Source: Eledone cirrhosa
Taxonomy: Eukaryota
NCBI GenBank assembly: GCA_964016885.1
Contig: OZ024741.1
Location: 285,324,001-285,388,000 of the forward strand
Direction: 5' to 3'
Length of the DNA: 64,000 bases
Shown here: positions 51,781 to 63,810 of the stretch, in pieces
Numbering within the stretch: the first letter of the stretch is position 1
Layout: each line of letters opens with the position of its first letter
Position numbers and translations under genes: made by a program
Notes under the pieces: generated by a model
What the model saw: only the letters and a program-made list of their open reading frames with translations
What the model was told of the DNA's origin: nothing
Database searches by the model: none

Positions 51781-51832
<52 letters not shown>

Positions 51833-53511
51833 TTAAAACAATGAAATAAAAAATCAAGTCATTAGAAATATACTTGAAGACTAAAATCCAAGGAGGGCTC
51901 GATAAGGATAAATATATATCAAATATATAAGAACCGTAGAGCAAATATTTATTAAAATAACAGATAAGTCAATAGAGTGCTCGACCGAGGGAGCCAAATA
52001 GTAATAATAATAAATTTAAAGACTAAAATCCAAAGCGGGCTCGATAAGGATAAATATATACATGTCTCTTCGCTCTACGGTTTTTATATATCAAATATAT
52101 AAGAACCGTAGAGCGAAAAGACACGTCTGACCTCAGCGAGTGTAAGTGAGAAAAGGACTGCTAGAGGGTCAGGTGAGGGATGAGTGAAAGTGAGAAGGAG
52201 AAAGAGGGGATAACACGATAGTATCAATAAATAAATTGTGGCTACAAAATAAACTGAGTTGTGTGTTACATAACAGGGTTGACTAAACCGCAACTGGTAA
52301 GCAATTATGAAGCTCCTTGAGATTTTATGTTCAAGTCGTGGAAATATTTTTCCTCATACATTTTCTTGAAGATAAAAGCTAAATAATTATTTATGAGAAT
52401 AAAGCGAGACCGCTCTGAAATAAAACGCAAATTAATGATTATTAAGATTATTTATGAGTTTAATTATAATGTTAGGTCTCGGTAAGGATTTGTTCTTTAC
52501 TGCTGAAGAATTGAGACATACATATTTTACAGAAGTTGGCACCTCCTTACTCAAGAAATTAATCCAGAAAAGTTTGGGAGCAATGTAACATACTTCTGGC
52601 TTTGCAAATGTCTTGAAACGAAAGCCAGCTTATACCTCATCTTCAAGAATGAGATTGAGATAGAAATACAGGTATAGCTGATACTCCACATATGTAATTG
52701 GCCAGACGCCAGTGCCCTAGTTCTTGGGTTTTAGAAATACGAGGATCATGACCACACATATTGGTGTTGATATTGACAATGGATTGTAGTTGCCCCCGCA
52801 CAAGCTTACGAGAGTTTGGTAAGGGCAGAAGCGGTCCACGGCATTATCTAGTCAGATTGAGTCTGCAGAGATCTTCAACCAGTTTCGAACCCCAAACACA
52901 TGAGAATCTCCAATTGAGAAAACAGAGAGGAGGTCAGTCACACAATTAATTCTCTAGTTACTACAGGAGTCGTAGAAAAGGTCACTTGATGACGTTCTGT
53001 CCAAAGTTCAGTATAGTAATGGAGAAGGCAGCTAACTTTATCCTACAGCAGAAGTGACACGCAGAAAAGGCGGCAACAATAGCAGTAGGCTTCTGAGAGG
53101 AAGACAATACATAGTGATCTTTATAAAGCCCTCTCCATCGGTCGAATCTTCTAGAATAATTAGATTAGAAGCAAATAAAAATGTCCTTTGCTACGTCGAG
53201 GGCTCAAGAGGTAGGGTGCCAGGAAACGAAGAGGTACCTTTCCCAGCAGAAAATCAGGTTTCGTGCAGCAGTTTCACTCTATCGAGTTACATTAATGAGA
53301 ATGAGATTTTACAGTATCGATTTAGCATTCCATTTCATTAGAATTAAAAAGACAAGTACTTGTAATACAAAAGTGACAATAACACATGCCGGACCCCCAT
53401 CCTTATGGAAAGCTGGCTTTGTGCATAGAGGAAAAACTATTTTTATTCTAGTGATATGAGTTGAAATAAAAACGTATTTTCGATTCTTGCCCTCATTATT
53501 TCCTCACCCAA

Positions 53512-53703
53512 TGGAGGTGGATTGGCAGTATCGGTAGAGGGTCGGACATCATGCTTTGACGCATAGATTTACGTCCCTTGCCATTCTGAGTTCAAATCCC
53601 GCCGAGGTTAACTTTGCCTTTCATCCTTACGGAGTCGATAAAATAAAGTACCAGTAATGCACTGGGTAATTGCTGGCCTTGTGCCAAAAGTAGAAACAAT
53701 TAT
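53512..53703 (+). mobile_element. SINE family A
   Basis: Same consensus. Confidence 0.88.
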
Positions 53704-54263
53704 TTCCTCACCCACGTTTATTCTCCCCTTCTCTTGTATTCTCAGTGCTTTTATCTCTTTATCTGTGTCTACAAAATGTTTGTTTACTATTGGCAGGGTT
53801 AATAATCTACAACAATAGGGAAACACAAACAGTTGTATGTCTTTGGTGTTTATATTTTATTGACTCAAATCTGGTTGAAAACGAAAGTCAATACGCAAAC
53901 AATGAATCAAGAAGAAAAATACAAACACACACACACATATATATATATACATATGTTTGTGTGTGTATGTGTGTGTGTATATATATATATATATATGTGT
54001 GTGTGTATATATTTAAAAATATTCATGTAATTGTAAATGATTAGTAGTGATTGTGAAACAAATTTTACTTTTTGCCAGATAATTCATCGAAACAATTACA
54101 TGTGTCGGATTTTCTGAGTAGATAAATAGCCCAGTAGATAGAGAGTATCAAAGGTGTGGTAGTAAATACTCATCTCACTTTACACTAGGTAGCTTTATAT
54201 TTTTTGATAATAAGCATATAAAAATCATTAATCTCTACCAAGTCCAGCATCATGGTTGTCAGT

Positions 54264-54353
<90 letters not shown>

Positions 54354-54692
54354 CGCCTTTGTCTTGTGTATGAACATAAATAAGTAATATAATATAATAT
54401 ATATGCTAGGTTTTAGGGACGAAACCAACAGGTAGGAGACCCAGGGGTAGACCCCGACCAAAATGGTTGTATAACATCCATGAGCTTGGCTGGTCACGCT
54501 TGGGGATCTACCTGGATCAGTTGGAGACGGTTTCTTCTGACAGAACCCGCTGGAGGAAGTATTTGAGAACTTTGCCCCCACGACCCTCTCAGGAACAGGG
54601 GAGCGAAGAAAAGAAGAAGAAAATATATGATATATATAATATAATATAATATAATATAATATAATATAATGTAATATAATATAATATAATAT

Positions 54693-54964
54693 AATTGTTT
54701 CTAGTTTTGGCACACGGCCAGCAATTACCCAGTACATTACTGGTACTTTATTTTATCGACCCCGTAAGGATGAAAGGCAAAGTTAACCTCGACGGGATTT
54801 GAACTCAGACCGTAAAGGGACGTAACTATGCTGGAAAGCATGGCGTCCGACCCTCTACCGATACTGTCAATTCACCGCCAATTAACATAATATAATTGTT
54901 TCTACTTTTGGCACAAGGCCAGGAAATATCCAGTATATTACTGGTACTTTATTTTATCGACCCC
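54693..54964 (-). mobile_element. SINE family A, full copy plus adjacent 3' fragment
   Basis: Reverse copies at 54693-54880 and 54893-54964 within (TATAA)n. Confidence 0.85.
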
Positions 54965-55181
54965 TTATATAATATAATATAATATAATATAATATAATAT
55001 AATATAATATAATATCATATCATATATATATATACATATATATACATATGTAGATAAATCTACCAAAATATACGGTAGTGTCCAATCCGTATGAAGAACT
55101 CAATGTAATCCAAATATCATGAAAAGAGAAGATGTATTCAAAAAGTTTTTTGATGAAAATCACAGGAAAACAGAGTCAAGA

Positions 55182-56460
55182 TAAATTAATAAAAACAATG
55201 AATAAAAACAAAGAAAGAGTTCCTTATATTAAAAAAATTCATCATTTTACGATCGTTTCTAGGATATATATGTGTTGGTATGTATATCATATAGATCTAT
55301 GTAAAAACTCATATCTGTTATATCTGAACATAATCTACACTCATATTTGTTATAATCTGACCTGGAGTGTGCTCAAAAGGGGCACCCCTTATCAAAATAA
55401 CAGATATGAGTGTAGATTATGTTCCCAGGAACGTTTTGAAATAATGAAATCTAAGGATATCGTATTAAATAAGCGACAATAATTAATTATATCGTGCAAT
55501 CATAGAATTAGAAGAACTTTCAAATATTATAAACCTAATTAATATACACCTTACACTTATATTTTACAAATTATTATAATTAGTTTTTTTAATTTAGTTA
55601 ACCTATAATTAGTATTTTACTACTGAGAACTTCATAATTTTATTTCCCTTTTACAGCTATCTTTTCTTAAAATTAATACCTATAAGTATACATATAAACT
55701 ATTTTAATTTCCTGTTATGAATCTAAATTCCTTGTAATCTATATAAGTTTGTTATTTCTCACTAATACATTTATCCCCCCCAAATTTTTTTTCCTTCGTT
55801 TTTAACAACATTCTTTAATAACATCTAACTCTTATTTATCACATCTATATGAATTAATATAAATTTATCCCTATAAGTATACCTATCAATTAAATTAATT
55901 TAATTTCTTTTTATAGATCTAAATTCCTTATGTTTTAAATAAGATTGGTATTTCTCACTAACACATTTATACTAAAATGTTATTCTCCTTCGATTTTAAC
56001 ATTAACATTATTCTTTAATAACATCAAATTTTCGTGTACCTTTCACCGGCTTGACCTCTTTTCATCCCCAAAATAATCTTTTCATTCAAAGTATTCTTTC
56101 CATTTAAAACTGAAGTCTACATTCTTCTACCCCTAAATTAAATTTCTACTACTACTATTCTATCAACTTTACCACTTACTACTTTTCTATTGGTCAATTC
56201 AAAACCTGTTCCCAAACAAACCTACTATATTAAATCTTTGTTGGGTTTTTTCAGTAAACAAATATCATTATTTCTGAAGACCGCATATATATATGTGTAG
56301 GTATGTATATTCCCTCTGATAGTTTGTAAAATTTTTACATAGATCTATATGATATACATACCAACACACACATATATATCCTAGAAACGATTGTAAAATG
56401 ATGAATTTTTTAACATAAGGAACTGTTTCTTTGTTTTTATTCATTGTTTTTATTAATTTA
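55182..56460 (+). mobile_element. PLE 3' fragment (GIY-YIG tail + 3' region) with inverted 5' end
   Basis: YNLTWSVLKRGTPY...CRLCSQE...LNKR...CNHR at ~55348-55542. 55182-55307 is the reverse complement of ~56332-56460. Internal ~190-bp tandem duplication at 55679/55870. Confidence 0.8.
56265..56404 (+). ncRNA. Hammerhead motif with 9-bp stem I and ~100-nt stem II
   Basis: TCATTATTT CTGAAGA ...long imperfect hairpin... GAAA CGATTG TA AAATGATGA. The inverted copy retains the CGATCG palindrome. Confidence 0.6.
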
Positions 56461-57058
56461 CATATATATATATATATATGCGGCGATGAATTAGTTTTGC
56501 GAGGTTTTTTATATGAAATCGTGTGTCGAAACAGATATTGTTATATTTGGGGAGGGTCATATTTGCGTAATATTGCCAGAATTAATAACAGAACACACTC
56601 ACTGTTTGGTTGGTTTTCGCTTCTCGCTGTCTTTTATATATATATATCTGCGATCTAACTTACTCGGTCCTCAATGTTGCCATTGACTGACCGGCGGTCA
56701 AAAATAATACAGATACAATATAGACAAACACATATATATATAGTTTACATAAATCTTTCGTTGCACATCTGCAACATCGTCAGTGGTGTTATATTCATTG
56801 TTCCTCCTGTTGTGTTGTATGTCTACGCCATTTTTTTTTTTGTTCAGTCTGTCTATATATTTATTTATTTATTTGCTTGTTTGTTTATCTTATTTTATTT
56901 TGTCTTCTTTGCGCATGCGTTTGCGTGTGTGTATAGTGTTATGTGTGATGTGTGACTAGTGTGTATAGTGTTGTGTCTGCTGGGTGACTAGTGTGTGTTT
57001 ATGTGCTTGTGTATGTATTTATTTATCTTATTTTATTTAATTTAATTTACTTATTTAT

Positions 57059-60000
57059 TTATACTTCTCTTAGGTCAGTGTTGTTTGTTTGGGTGTTGTT
57101 GTTGTTCCACTCATTCTTTCTGTTTAGCTTTGGTCTTCTAATTTCTATTTCACTGGCCTCTCTGATTTGCCTATCTGCTGGGTCATTCCTATGTTTAGAT
57201 ATTATTCTAATTTCTATGTTGTCTATGTTACCGTCATGATGTTGTCTAGCATGTTCGTATAGTACTGACCCGTTTTTTCGTCCTTTTAGTTCCCCCCAGT
57301 GTTGGTCTATCCTTTCACCTATGCTACGAGCTGTCTCACCTATGTATGTTGTTGTCGTGTTTCTGCAAGTACCCTCTGTACATCTTATGCTATAGACTAC
57401 GTTTCTAGTTTTACAGTTTATCCGGGGGTTCACCTTACATATGATACATTTCCTATTGGTACAGTGGGTTTTCTTAAAAGGGTAGGTTTTGCTGATCAGG
57501 GATTTTATGGTGGTTCCTGGCTTTTCTACCACCTTTATTTTTAAGTGGGTCTTTCTCAGGGCCTTTCTACACTGGTTAGCTAATTTCCCTCCAGGGGTGG
57601 CGTCCACAAACATGACACTCTGATATCTCTGGTTGTCGTACCATGATGTGGCCTTCCCTATCTTATGTCTAGCCCTATCTAAGCTATTCCATGATTTGCT
57701 CCTGTATAGTGGGCAAATTCCTTTCATGTCCAGTTCTATGAGGGTCTTATACTTTTCCATGGCTCCTTCGTATACTCTGACTCTGTCTCTTTGGTTGTAG
57801 CCAGAGAACTGCATGCGGTTGATGAAGTGTTGGATGTGTCCTTCCATTTCTGTTGGGTCGCACATGCTGGACACATTCTTCATCACTCGTACCAAATCTG
57901 CGATCAGAATATTAAACTTAGCACTACTGGACATTGCTGAGTTTTTGAGTATCAGGTATTTGGAGGCCATGGGTTTAGCATAGTGTGAGTGGAGAATTTG
58001 GGCTCTCTCGTCTATAGTGTTAATCCAGAGTTCTGTGTCTAATACAGGTAGTCTATTGTTAGGGTGTTTGGAAGGGAAGTCTATAGTTACAGTTATACTC
58101 TGGTGTATGGAATTAGCTATCTGCTGGATGCTTTCCATCGTGCTACGTTCTAAATCAAACTTGTTAGTGCTCTCTAGTGGGGGTGTTCTTATAACTATAT
58201 TGATATCGTCTACATAACGAGAGTACATGATGAGGTCTATGGAGCTTTCATTAAGGAGATCTTTAAGTCTCCTTTCCCACCATACCATGAAAAGGTTGGC
58301 AACATCGCCAGCTATGCTGACGCCGATGGCTGCTCCCTCATTTTGGGTGTAGATTTTCTCATTGAACTTAAATATGTGGCCCTTTAGGGTAGTTTTGATA
58401 CTAGCCCCTATTGCATGTGCGACCATTTTTCTTACCTGATCAGTGTTTTGGGGGGTCCGTATAGCTTTGGTCCACCCAATCCACCTTCCTATGGGAGTCT
58501 TTTTAGCCATTGAGGTTATGGTAGGGGGTCTACCTCTTATAGGTCTACTAGGGCAGAAACATCTAAGGTCATGGCTGTCTAGGTAGTCAGTGTCGTAGGT
58601 AAGTCTAAGTAGGAGGCCCAGTTCGTCTGTGTCGACGTCGCAGAACTCCACCTCACTCTCAATGATCATCTCCACACATCTTTTCACAGCAAAATCAATG
58701 TTAATGGATGGGTACAGTGACACCACATCCATGCTGCCTATTATGCAGTTGGATAGGCTCCTGTTTTTGTTGCACTCACTGATTCTGCTGAGGAGGTCCT
58801 CTGTACTTTCACATACATCTGGGGACATCTTGATTATGGGGCGTATAACCATTGAGAGGAAGTAGGAGATCCTGTAGTTGCTAGCTATATTAGCTCCGCA
58901 TACAGGTCTTGTTGGTGGTCCTATTGTCGGGTCGTCGACTGTCTTGTGGTCTTTGCGGAGCCCATACAAGGGTGGTATGCCATTGTTAGACGCCTGGAAG
59001 TTGTTGGCAGTGCGTCTGCTTGGCTTTAGGATGTCAGTCCACATCATCATGTGAGCGTTGAGGATTTTTTCTCTCCCATCGTGTGTTAGTTGTGCAACTT
59101 CGCTCGTGTTGGTGATGTGGGGTTGCATTGCCTCGATGTAGTTCGGCATGCTATCTATTGACATCCTACCAGACTTATCTGTGGGTAGACACACTACCTC
59201 ACCATCCCTTGTGCGCTGCTTGAGGCTAACCAAGCCTTCTACAGGTTTTATCCCAAGTTGTTGGGCCTCTGGTCTGCTCTGTCTCATAGTGTACCTGTCT
59301 ACTACTTGTCTAATCTTATTTCTAGCTATGGTGAACTGTGCCTCCGTCTCGTCATCTATTTGTTGTGGTATGCAAACTCTTTTATTAAAGGGTAACCTCG
59401 TAGGATAGATATTACCCATCTTATATGTTTTGTCAGCTGGGTTGAAAAATAGTTTCTCTAAGGGGTTGTCGTTATTTCTATCGTCATAGTTGTGTGTGTT
59501 GCTATTATTGTTATCATGGTGGTTGTTGTTGTTTCTATCCTTAGCATTAATATTATTATTGTTATGATTGCTAGATGTATTGTTGTTTACTTCACCGTTA
59601 TTGTTGTTGTTACTGCTATTTCTACCATTGTGGTTGTTACTATTATTATGTTTCTTGTTTTTGTTGATGTTGCTACATGTACTATTTCCATTATTACCAC
59701 TGTGGTTATTGTTGTTGTTGTTGTTCGTATTGTTACCGTTATTACTACTGTGGTCACTGTTGCTGTGTCTGTGGTTAACGTTTCTATTATTATTATTATT
59801 GTGGTTGTTGTTGTTCTGTCTATCGCTAGTATTATTACCATTATCACTATTTCTCACTTTCCTGCCATTGTTATGGTTATGGCTGTTATTTCTATACCCA
59901 GAGTTATTGTTTATATTACTACTACCGTTATTATTGTTGTTGTTGTTTACCTTTGCATTCCAACGTATTTTTGTGAAACACTTTTCCAGCTCCGTTTTGC

Positions 60001-60118
60001 ATTCCATAGGATTAATCTTTTTGTAGATGGCAAATTTTGGTGGTAACTTTAGGATTTGTTGTTCTTGTTCACTGATTAAAGTGTTCCCATAGATATTTAC
60101 TGTGTGGTCATTGGTAAA
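57059..60118 (-). CDS. Inverted, more 5'-truncated copy of the same Penelope-like ORF
   Basis: Reverse complement of 60439-63498; positions mirror with sum 120557. The only protein difference noticed is ESTED vs ESTEY. Confidence 0.9.
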   Translation of the reverse strand, partial: FTNDHTVNIYGNTLISEQEQQILKLPPKFAIYKKINPMECKTELEKCFTKIRWNAKVNNNNNNNGSSNINNNSGYRNNSHNHNNGRKVRNSDNGNNTSDRQNNNNHNNNNNRNVNHRHSNSDHSSNNGNNTNNNNNNNHSGNNGNSTCSNINKNKKHNNSNNHNGRNSSNNNNNGEVNNNTSSNHNNNNINAKDRNNNNHHDNNNSNTHNYDDRNNDNPLEKLFFNPADKTYKMGNIYPTRLPFNKRVCIPQQIDDETEAQFTIARNKIRQVVDRYTMRQSRPEAQQLGIKPVEGLVSLKQRTRDGEVVCLPTDKSGRMSIDSMPNYIEAMQPHITNTSEVAQLTHDGREKILNAHMMMWTDILKPSRRTANNFQASNNGIPPLYGLRKDHKTVDDPTIGPPTRPVCGANIASNYRISYFLSMVIRPIIKMSPDVCESTEDLLSRISECNKNRSLSNCIIGSMDVVSLYPSINIDFAVKRCVEMIIESEVEFCDVDTDELGLLLRLTYDTDYLDSHDLRCFCPSRPIRGRPPTITSMAKKTPIGRWIGWTKAIRTPQNTDQVRKMVAHAIGASIKTTLKGHIFKFNEKIYTQNEGAAIGVSIAGDVANLFMVWWERRLKDLLNESSIDLIMYSRYVDDINIVIRTPPLESTNKFDLERSTMESIQQIANSIHQSITVTIDFPSKHPNNRLPVLDTELWINTIDERAQILHSHYAKPMASKYLILKNSAMSSSAKFNILIADLVRVMKNVSSMCDPTEMEGHIQHFINRMQFSGYNQRDRVRVYEGAMEKYKTLIELDMKGICPLYRSKSWNSLDRARHKIGKATSWYDNQRYQSVMFVDATPGGKLANQCRKALRKTHLKIKVVEKPGTTIKSLISKTYPFKKTHCTNRKCIICKVNPRINCKTRNVVYSIRCTEGTCRNTTTTYIGETARSIGERIDQHWGELKGRKNGSVLYEHARQHHDGNIDNIEIRIISKHRNDPADRQIREASEIEIRRPKLNRKNEWNNNNTQTNNTDLREV

Positions 60119-60156
60119 CACAAGCTGAACGGCTAAAACACACAATAACAGTTAAT

Positions 60157-63100
60157 ATGAAAAGAACAACATACACAAAAGTCAACGCACTCTACAGACA
60201 AAAACGCATCAACGGTAAGGAAATCCGAAATCTCATCACAGCAAACGAGAGAGATGACTTCATGAGCGTCATCCGACGCGAAACGAAATATGCTCAAAAC
60301 GAATGCTGTAGGCATTTCAAGAAGAAATTAGAATGGATGAATAAGAAAAAACTACAAGAAAGGAAAATCGAATATTCTCAAAAATACCCAGATAACATCG
60401 ACAACATCCGTATGAGTGATGTAAAACTACCGGAAGAATTTACCAATGACCACACAGTAAATATCTATGGGAACACTTTAATCAGTGAACAAGAACAACA
60501 AATCCTAAAGTTACCACCAAAATTTGCCATCTACAAAAAGATTAATCCTATGGAATGCAAAACGGAGCTGGAAAAGTGTTTCACAAAAATACGTTGGAAT
60601 GCAAAGGTAAACAACAACAACAATAATAACGGTAGTAGTAATATAAACAATAACTCTGGGTATAGAAATAACAGCCATAACCATAACAATGGCAGGAAAG
60701 TGAGAAATAGTGATAATGGTAATAATACTAGCGATAGACAGAACAACAACAACCACAATAATAATAATAATAGAAACGTTAACCACAGACACAGCAACAG
60801 TGACCACAGTAGTAATAACGGTAACAATACGAACAACAACAACAACAATAACCACAGTGGTAATAATGGAAATAGTACATGTAGCAACATCAACAAAAAC
60901 AAGAAACATAATAATAGTAACAACCACAATGGTAGAAATAGCAGTAACAACAACAATAACGGTGAAGTAAACAACAATACATCTAGCAATCATAACAATA
61001 ATAATATTAATGCTAAGGATAGAAACAACAACAACCACCATGATAACAATAATAGCAACACACACAACTATGACGATAGAAATAACGACAACCCCTTAGA
61101 GAAACTATTTTTCAACCCAGCTGACAAAACATATAAGATGGGTAATATCTATCCTACGAGGTTACCCTTTAATAAAAGAGTTTGCATACCACAACAAATA
61201 GATGACGAGACGGAGGCACAGTTCACCATAGCTAGAAATAAGATTAGACAAGTAGTAGACAGGTACACTATGAGACAGAGCAGACCAGAGGCCCAACAAC
61301 TTGGGATAAAACCTGTAGAAGGCTTGGTTAGCCTCAAGCAGCGCACAAGGGATGGTGAGGTAGTGTGTCTACCCACAGATAAGTCTGGTAGGATGTCAAT
61401 AGATAGCATGCCGAACTACATCGAGGCAATGCAACCCCACATCACCAACACGAGCGAAGTTGCACAACTAACACACGATGGGAGAGAAAAAATCCTCAAC
61501 GCTCACATGATGATGTGGACTGACATCCTAAAGCCAAGCAGACGCACTGCCAACAACTTCCAGGCGTCTAACAATGGCATACCACCCTTGTATGGGCTCC
61601 GCAAAGACCACAAGACAGTCGACGACCCGACAATAGGACCACCAACAAGACCTGTATGCGGAGCTAATATAGCTAGCAACTACAGGATCTCCTACTTCCT
61701 CTCAATGGTTATACGCCCCATAATCAAGATGTCCCCAGATGTATGTGAAAGTACAGAGTACCTCCTCAGCAGAATCAGTGAGTGCAACAAAAACAGGAGC
61801 CTATCCAACTGCATAATAGGCAGCATGGATGTGGTGTCACTGTACCCATCCATTAACATTGATTTTGCTGTGAAAAGATGTGTGGAGATGATCATTGAGA
61901 GTGAGGTGGAGTTCTGCGACGTCGACACAGACGAACTGGGCCTCCTACTTAGACTTACCTACGACACTGACTACCTAGACAGCCATGACCTTAGATGTTT
62001 CTGCCCTAGTAGACCTATAAGAGGTAGACCCCCTACCATAACCTCAATGGCTAAAAAGACTCCCATAGGAAGGTGGATTGGGTGGACCAAAGCTATACGG
62101 ACCCCCCAAAACACTGATCAGGTAAGAAAAATGGTCGCACATGCAATAGGGGCTAGTATCAAAACTACCCTAAAGGGCCACATATTTAAGTTCAATGAGA
62201 AAATCTACACCCAAAATGAGGGAGCAGCCATCGGCGTCAGCATAGCTGGCGATGTTGCCAACCTTTTCATGGTATGGTGGGAAAGGAGACTTAAAGATCT
62301 CCTTAATGAAAGCTCCATAGACCTCATCATGTACTCTCGTTATGTAGACGATATCAATATAGTTATAAGAACACCCCCACTAGAGAGCACTAACAAGTTT
62401 GATTTAGAACGTAGCACGATGGAAAGCATCCAGCAGATAGCTAATTCCATACACCAGAGTATAACTGTAACTATAGACTTCCCTTCCAAACACCCTAACA
62501 ATAGACTACCTGTATTAGACACAGAACTCTGGATTAACACTATAGACGAGAGAGCCCAAATTCTCCACTCACACTATGCTAAACCCATGGCCTCCAAATA
62601 CCTGATACTCAAAAACTCAGCAATGTCCAGTAGTGCTAAGTTTAATATTCTGATCGCAGATTTGGTACGAGTGATGAAGAATGTGTCCAGCATGTGCGAC
62701 CCAACAGAAATGGAAGGACACATCCAACACTTCATCAACCGCATGCAGTTCTCTGGCTACAACCAAAGAGACAGAGTCAGAGTATACGAAGGAGCCATGG
62801 AAAAGTATAAGACCCTCATAGAACTGGACATGAAAGGAATTTGCCCACTATACAGGAGCAAATCATGGAATAGCTTAGATAGGGCTAGACATAAGATAGG
62901 GAAGGCCACATCATGGTACGACAACCAGAGATATCAGAGTGTCATGTTTGTGGACGCCACCCCTGGAGGGAAATTAGCTAACCAGTGTAGAAAGGCCCTG
63001 AGAAAGACCCACTTAAAAATAAAGGTGGTAGAAAAGCCAGGAACCACCATAAAATCCCTGATCAGCAAAACCTACCCTTTTAAGAAAACCCACTGTACCA

Positions 63101-63498
63101 ATAGGAAATGTATCATATGTAAGGTGAACCCCCGGATAAACTGTAAAACTAGAAACGTAGTCTATAGCATAAGATGTACAGAGGGTACTTGCAGAAACAC
63201 GACAACAACATACATAGGTGAGACAGCTCGTAGCATAGGTGAAAGGATAGACCAACACTGGGGGGAACTAAAAGGACGAAAAAACGGGTCAGTACTATAC
63301 GAACATGCTAGACAACATCATGACGGTAACATAGACAACATAGAAATTAGAATAATATCTAAACATAGGAATGACCCAGCAGATAGGCAAATCAGAGAGG
63401 CCAGTGAAATAGAAATTAGAAGACCAAAGCTAAACAGAAAGAATGAGTGGAACAACAACAACACCCAAACAAACAACACTGACCTAAGAGAAGTATAA
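60157..63498 (+). CDS. Penelope-like retroelement ORF (Asn-rich insert, RT, Cys-rich linker, C-terminal GIY-YIG endonuclease); 5'-truncated
   Basis: RT motifs SMDVVSLYPSI, GAAIG, YSRYVDD. Linker CTNRKCIICKVNPRINC. GIY-YIG motif NVVYSIRC...YIGETARSIGERIDQH. The frame stays open upstream to the inversion junction at ~60118. Confidence 0.93.
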   Translation: MKRTTYTKVNALYRQKRINGKEIRNLITANERDDFMSVIRRETKYAQNECCRHFKKKLEWMNKKKLQERKIEYSQKYPDNIDNIRMSDVKLPEEFTNDHTVNIYGNTLISEQEQQILKLPPKFAIYKKINPMECKTELEKCFTKIRWNAKVNNNNNNNGSSNINNNSGYRNNSHNHNNGRKVRNSDNGNNTSDRQNNNNHNNNNNRNVNHRHSNSDHSSNNGNNTNNNNNNNHSGNNGNSTCSNINKNKKHNNSNNHNGRNSSNNNNNGEVNNNTSSNHNNNNINAKDRNNNNHHDNNNSNTHNYDDRNNDNPLEKLFFNPADKTYKMGNIYPTRLPFNKRVCIPQQIDDETEAQFTIARNKIRQVVDRYTMRQSRPEAQQLGIKPVEGLVSLKQRTRDGEVVCLPTDKSGRMSIDSMPNYIEAMQPHITNTSEVAQLTHDGREKILNAHMMMWTDILKPSRRTANNFQASNNGIPPLYGLRKDHKTVDDPTIGPPTRPVCGANIASNYRISYFLSMVIRPIIKMSPDVCESTEYLLSRISECNKNRSLSNCIIGSMDVVSLYPSINIDFAVKRCVEMIIESEVEFCDVDTDELGLLLRLTYDTDYLDSHDLRCFCPSRPIRGRPPTITSMAKKTPIGRWIGWTKAIRTPQNTDQVRKMVAHAIGASIKTTLKGHIFKFNEKIYTQNEGAAIGVSIAGDVANLFMVWWERRLKDLLNESSIDLIMYSRYVDDINIVIRTPPLESTNKFDLERSTMESIQQIANSIHQSITVTIDFPSKHPNNRLPVLDTELWINTIDERAQILHSHYAKPMASKYLILKNSAMSSSAKFNILIADLVRVMKNVSSMCDPTEMEGHIQHFINRMQFSGYNQRDRVRVYEGAMEKYKTLIELDMKGICPLYRSKSWNSLDRARHKIGKATSWYDNQRYQSVMFVDATPGGKLANQCRKALRKTHLKIKVVEKPGTTIKSLISKTYPFKKTHCTNRKCIICKVNPRINCKTRNVVYSIRCTEGTCRNTTTTYIGETARSIGERIDQHWGELKGRKNGSVLYEHARQHHDGNIDNIEIRIISKHRNDPADRQIREASEIEIRRPKLNRKNEWNNNNTQTNNTDLREV

Positions 63499-63767
63499 AT
63501 AAATAAGTAAATTAAATTAAATAAAATAAGATAAATAAATACATACACAAGCACATAAACACACACTAGTCACCCAGCAGACACAACACTATACACACTA
63601 GTCACACATCACACATAACACTATACACACACGCAAACGCATGCGCAAAGAAGACAAAATAAAATAAGATAAACAAACAAGCAAATAAATAAATAAATAT
63701 ATAGACAGACTGAACAAAAAAAAAAATGGCGTAGACATACAACACAACAGGAGGAACAATGAATATA

Positions 63768-63810
63768 ACACCACTGACGATGTTGCAGATGTGCAACGAA
63801 AGATTTATGT
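63768..63810 (+). ncRNA. Minimal hammerhead ribozyme-like motif in PLE 3' region (mirror copy ~56747-56789, minus)
   Basis: CTGACGA-t-GTTGCA gatg TGCAAC-GAAA-gatt-TA; stems I and III are very short. Confidence 0.5.

Noticed and set aside
59492-61065. Hydrophobic V/I/L-rich ORFs resembling membrane proteins
   Set aside because: Antisense frames of the Asn-rich PLE insert.
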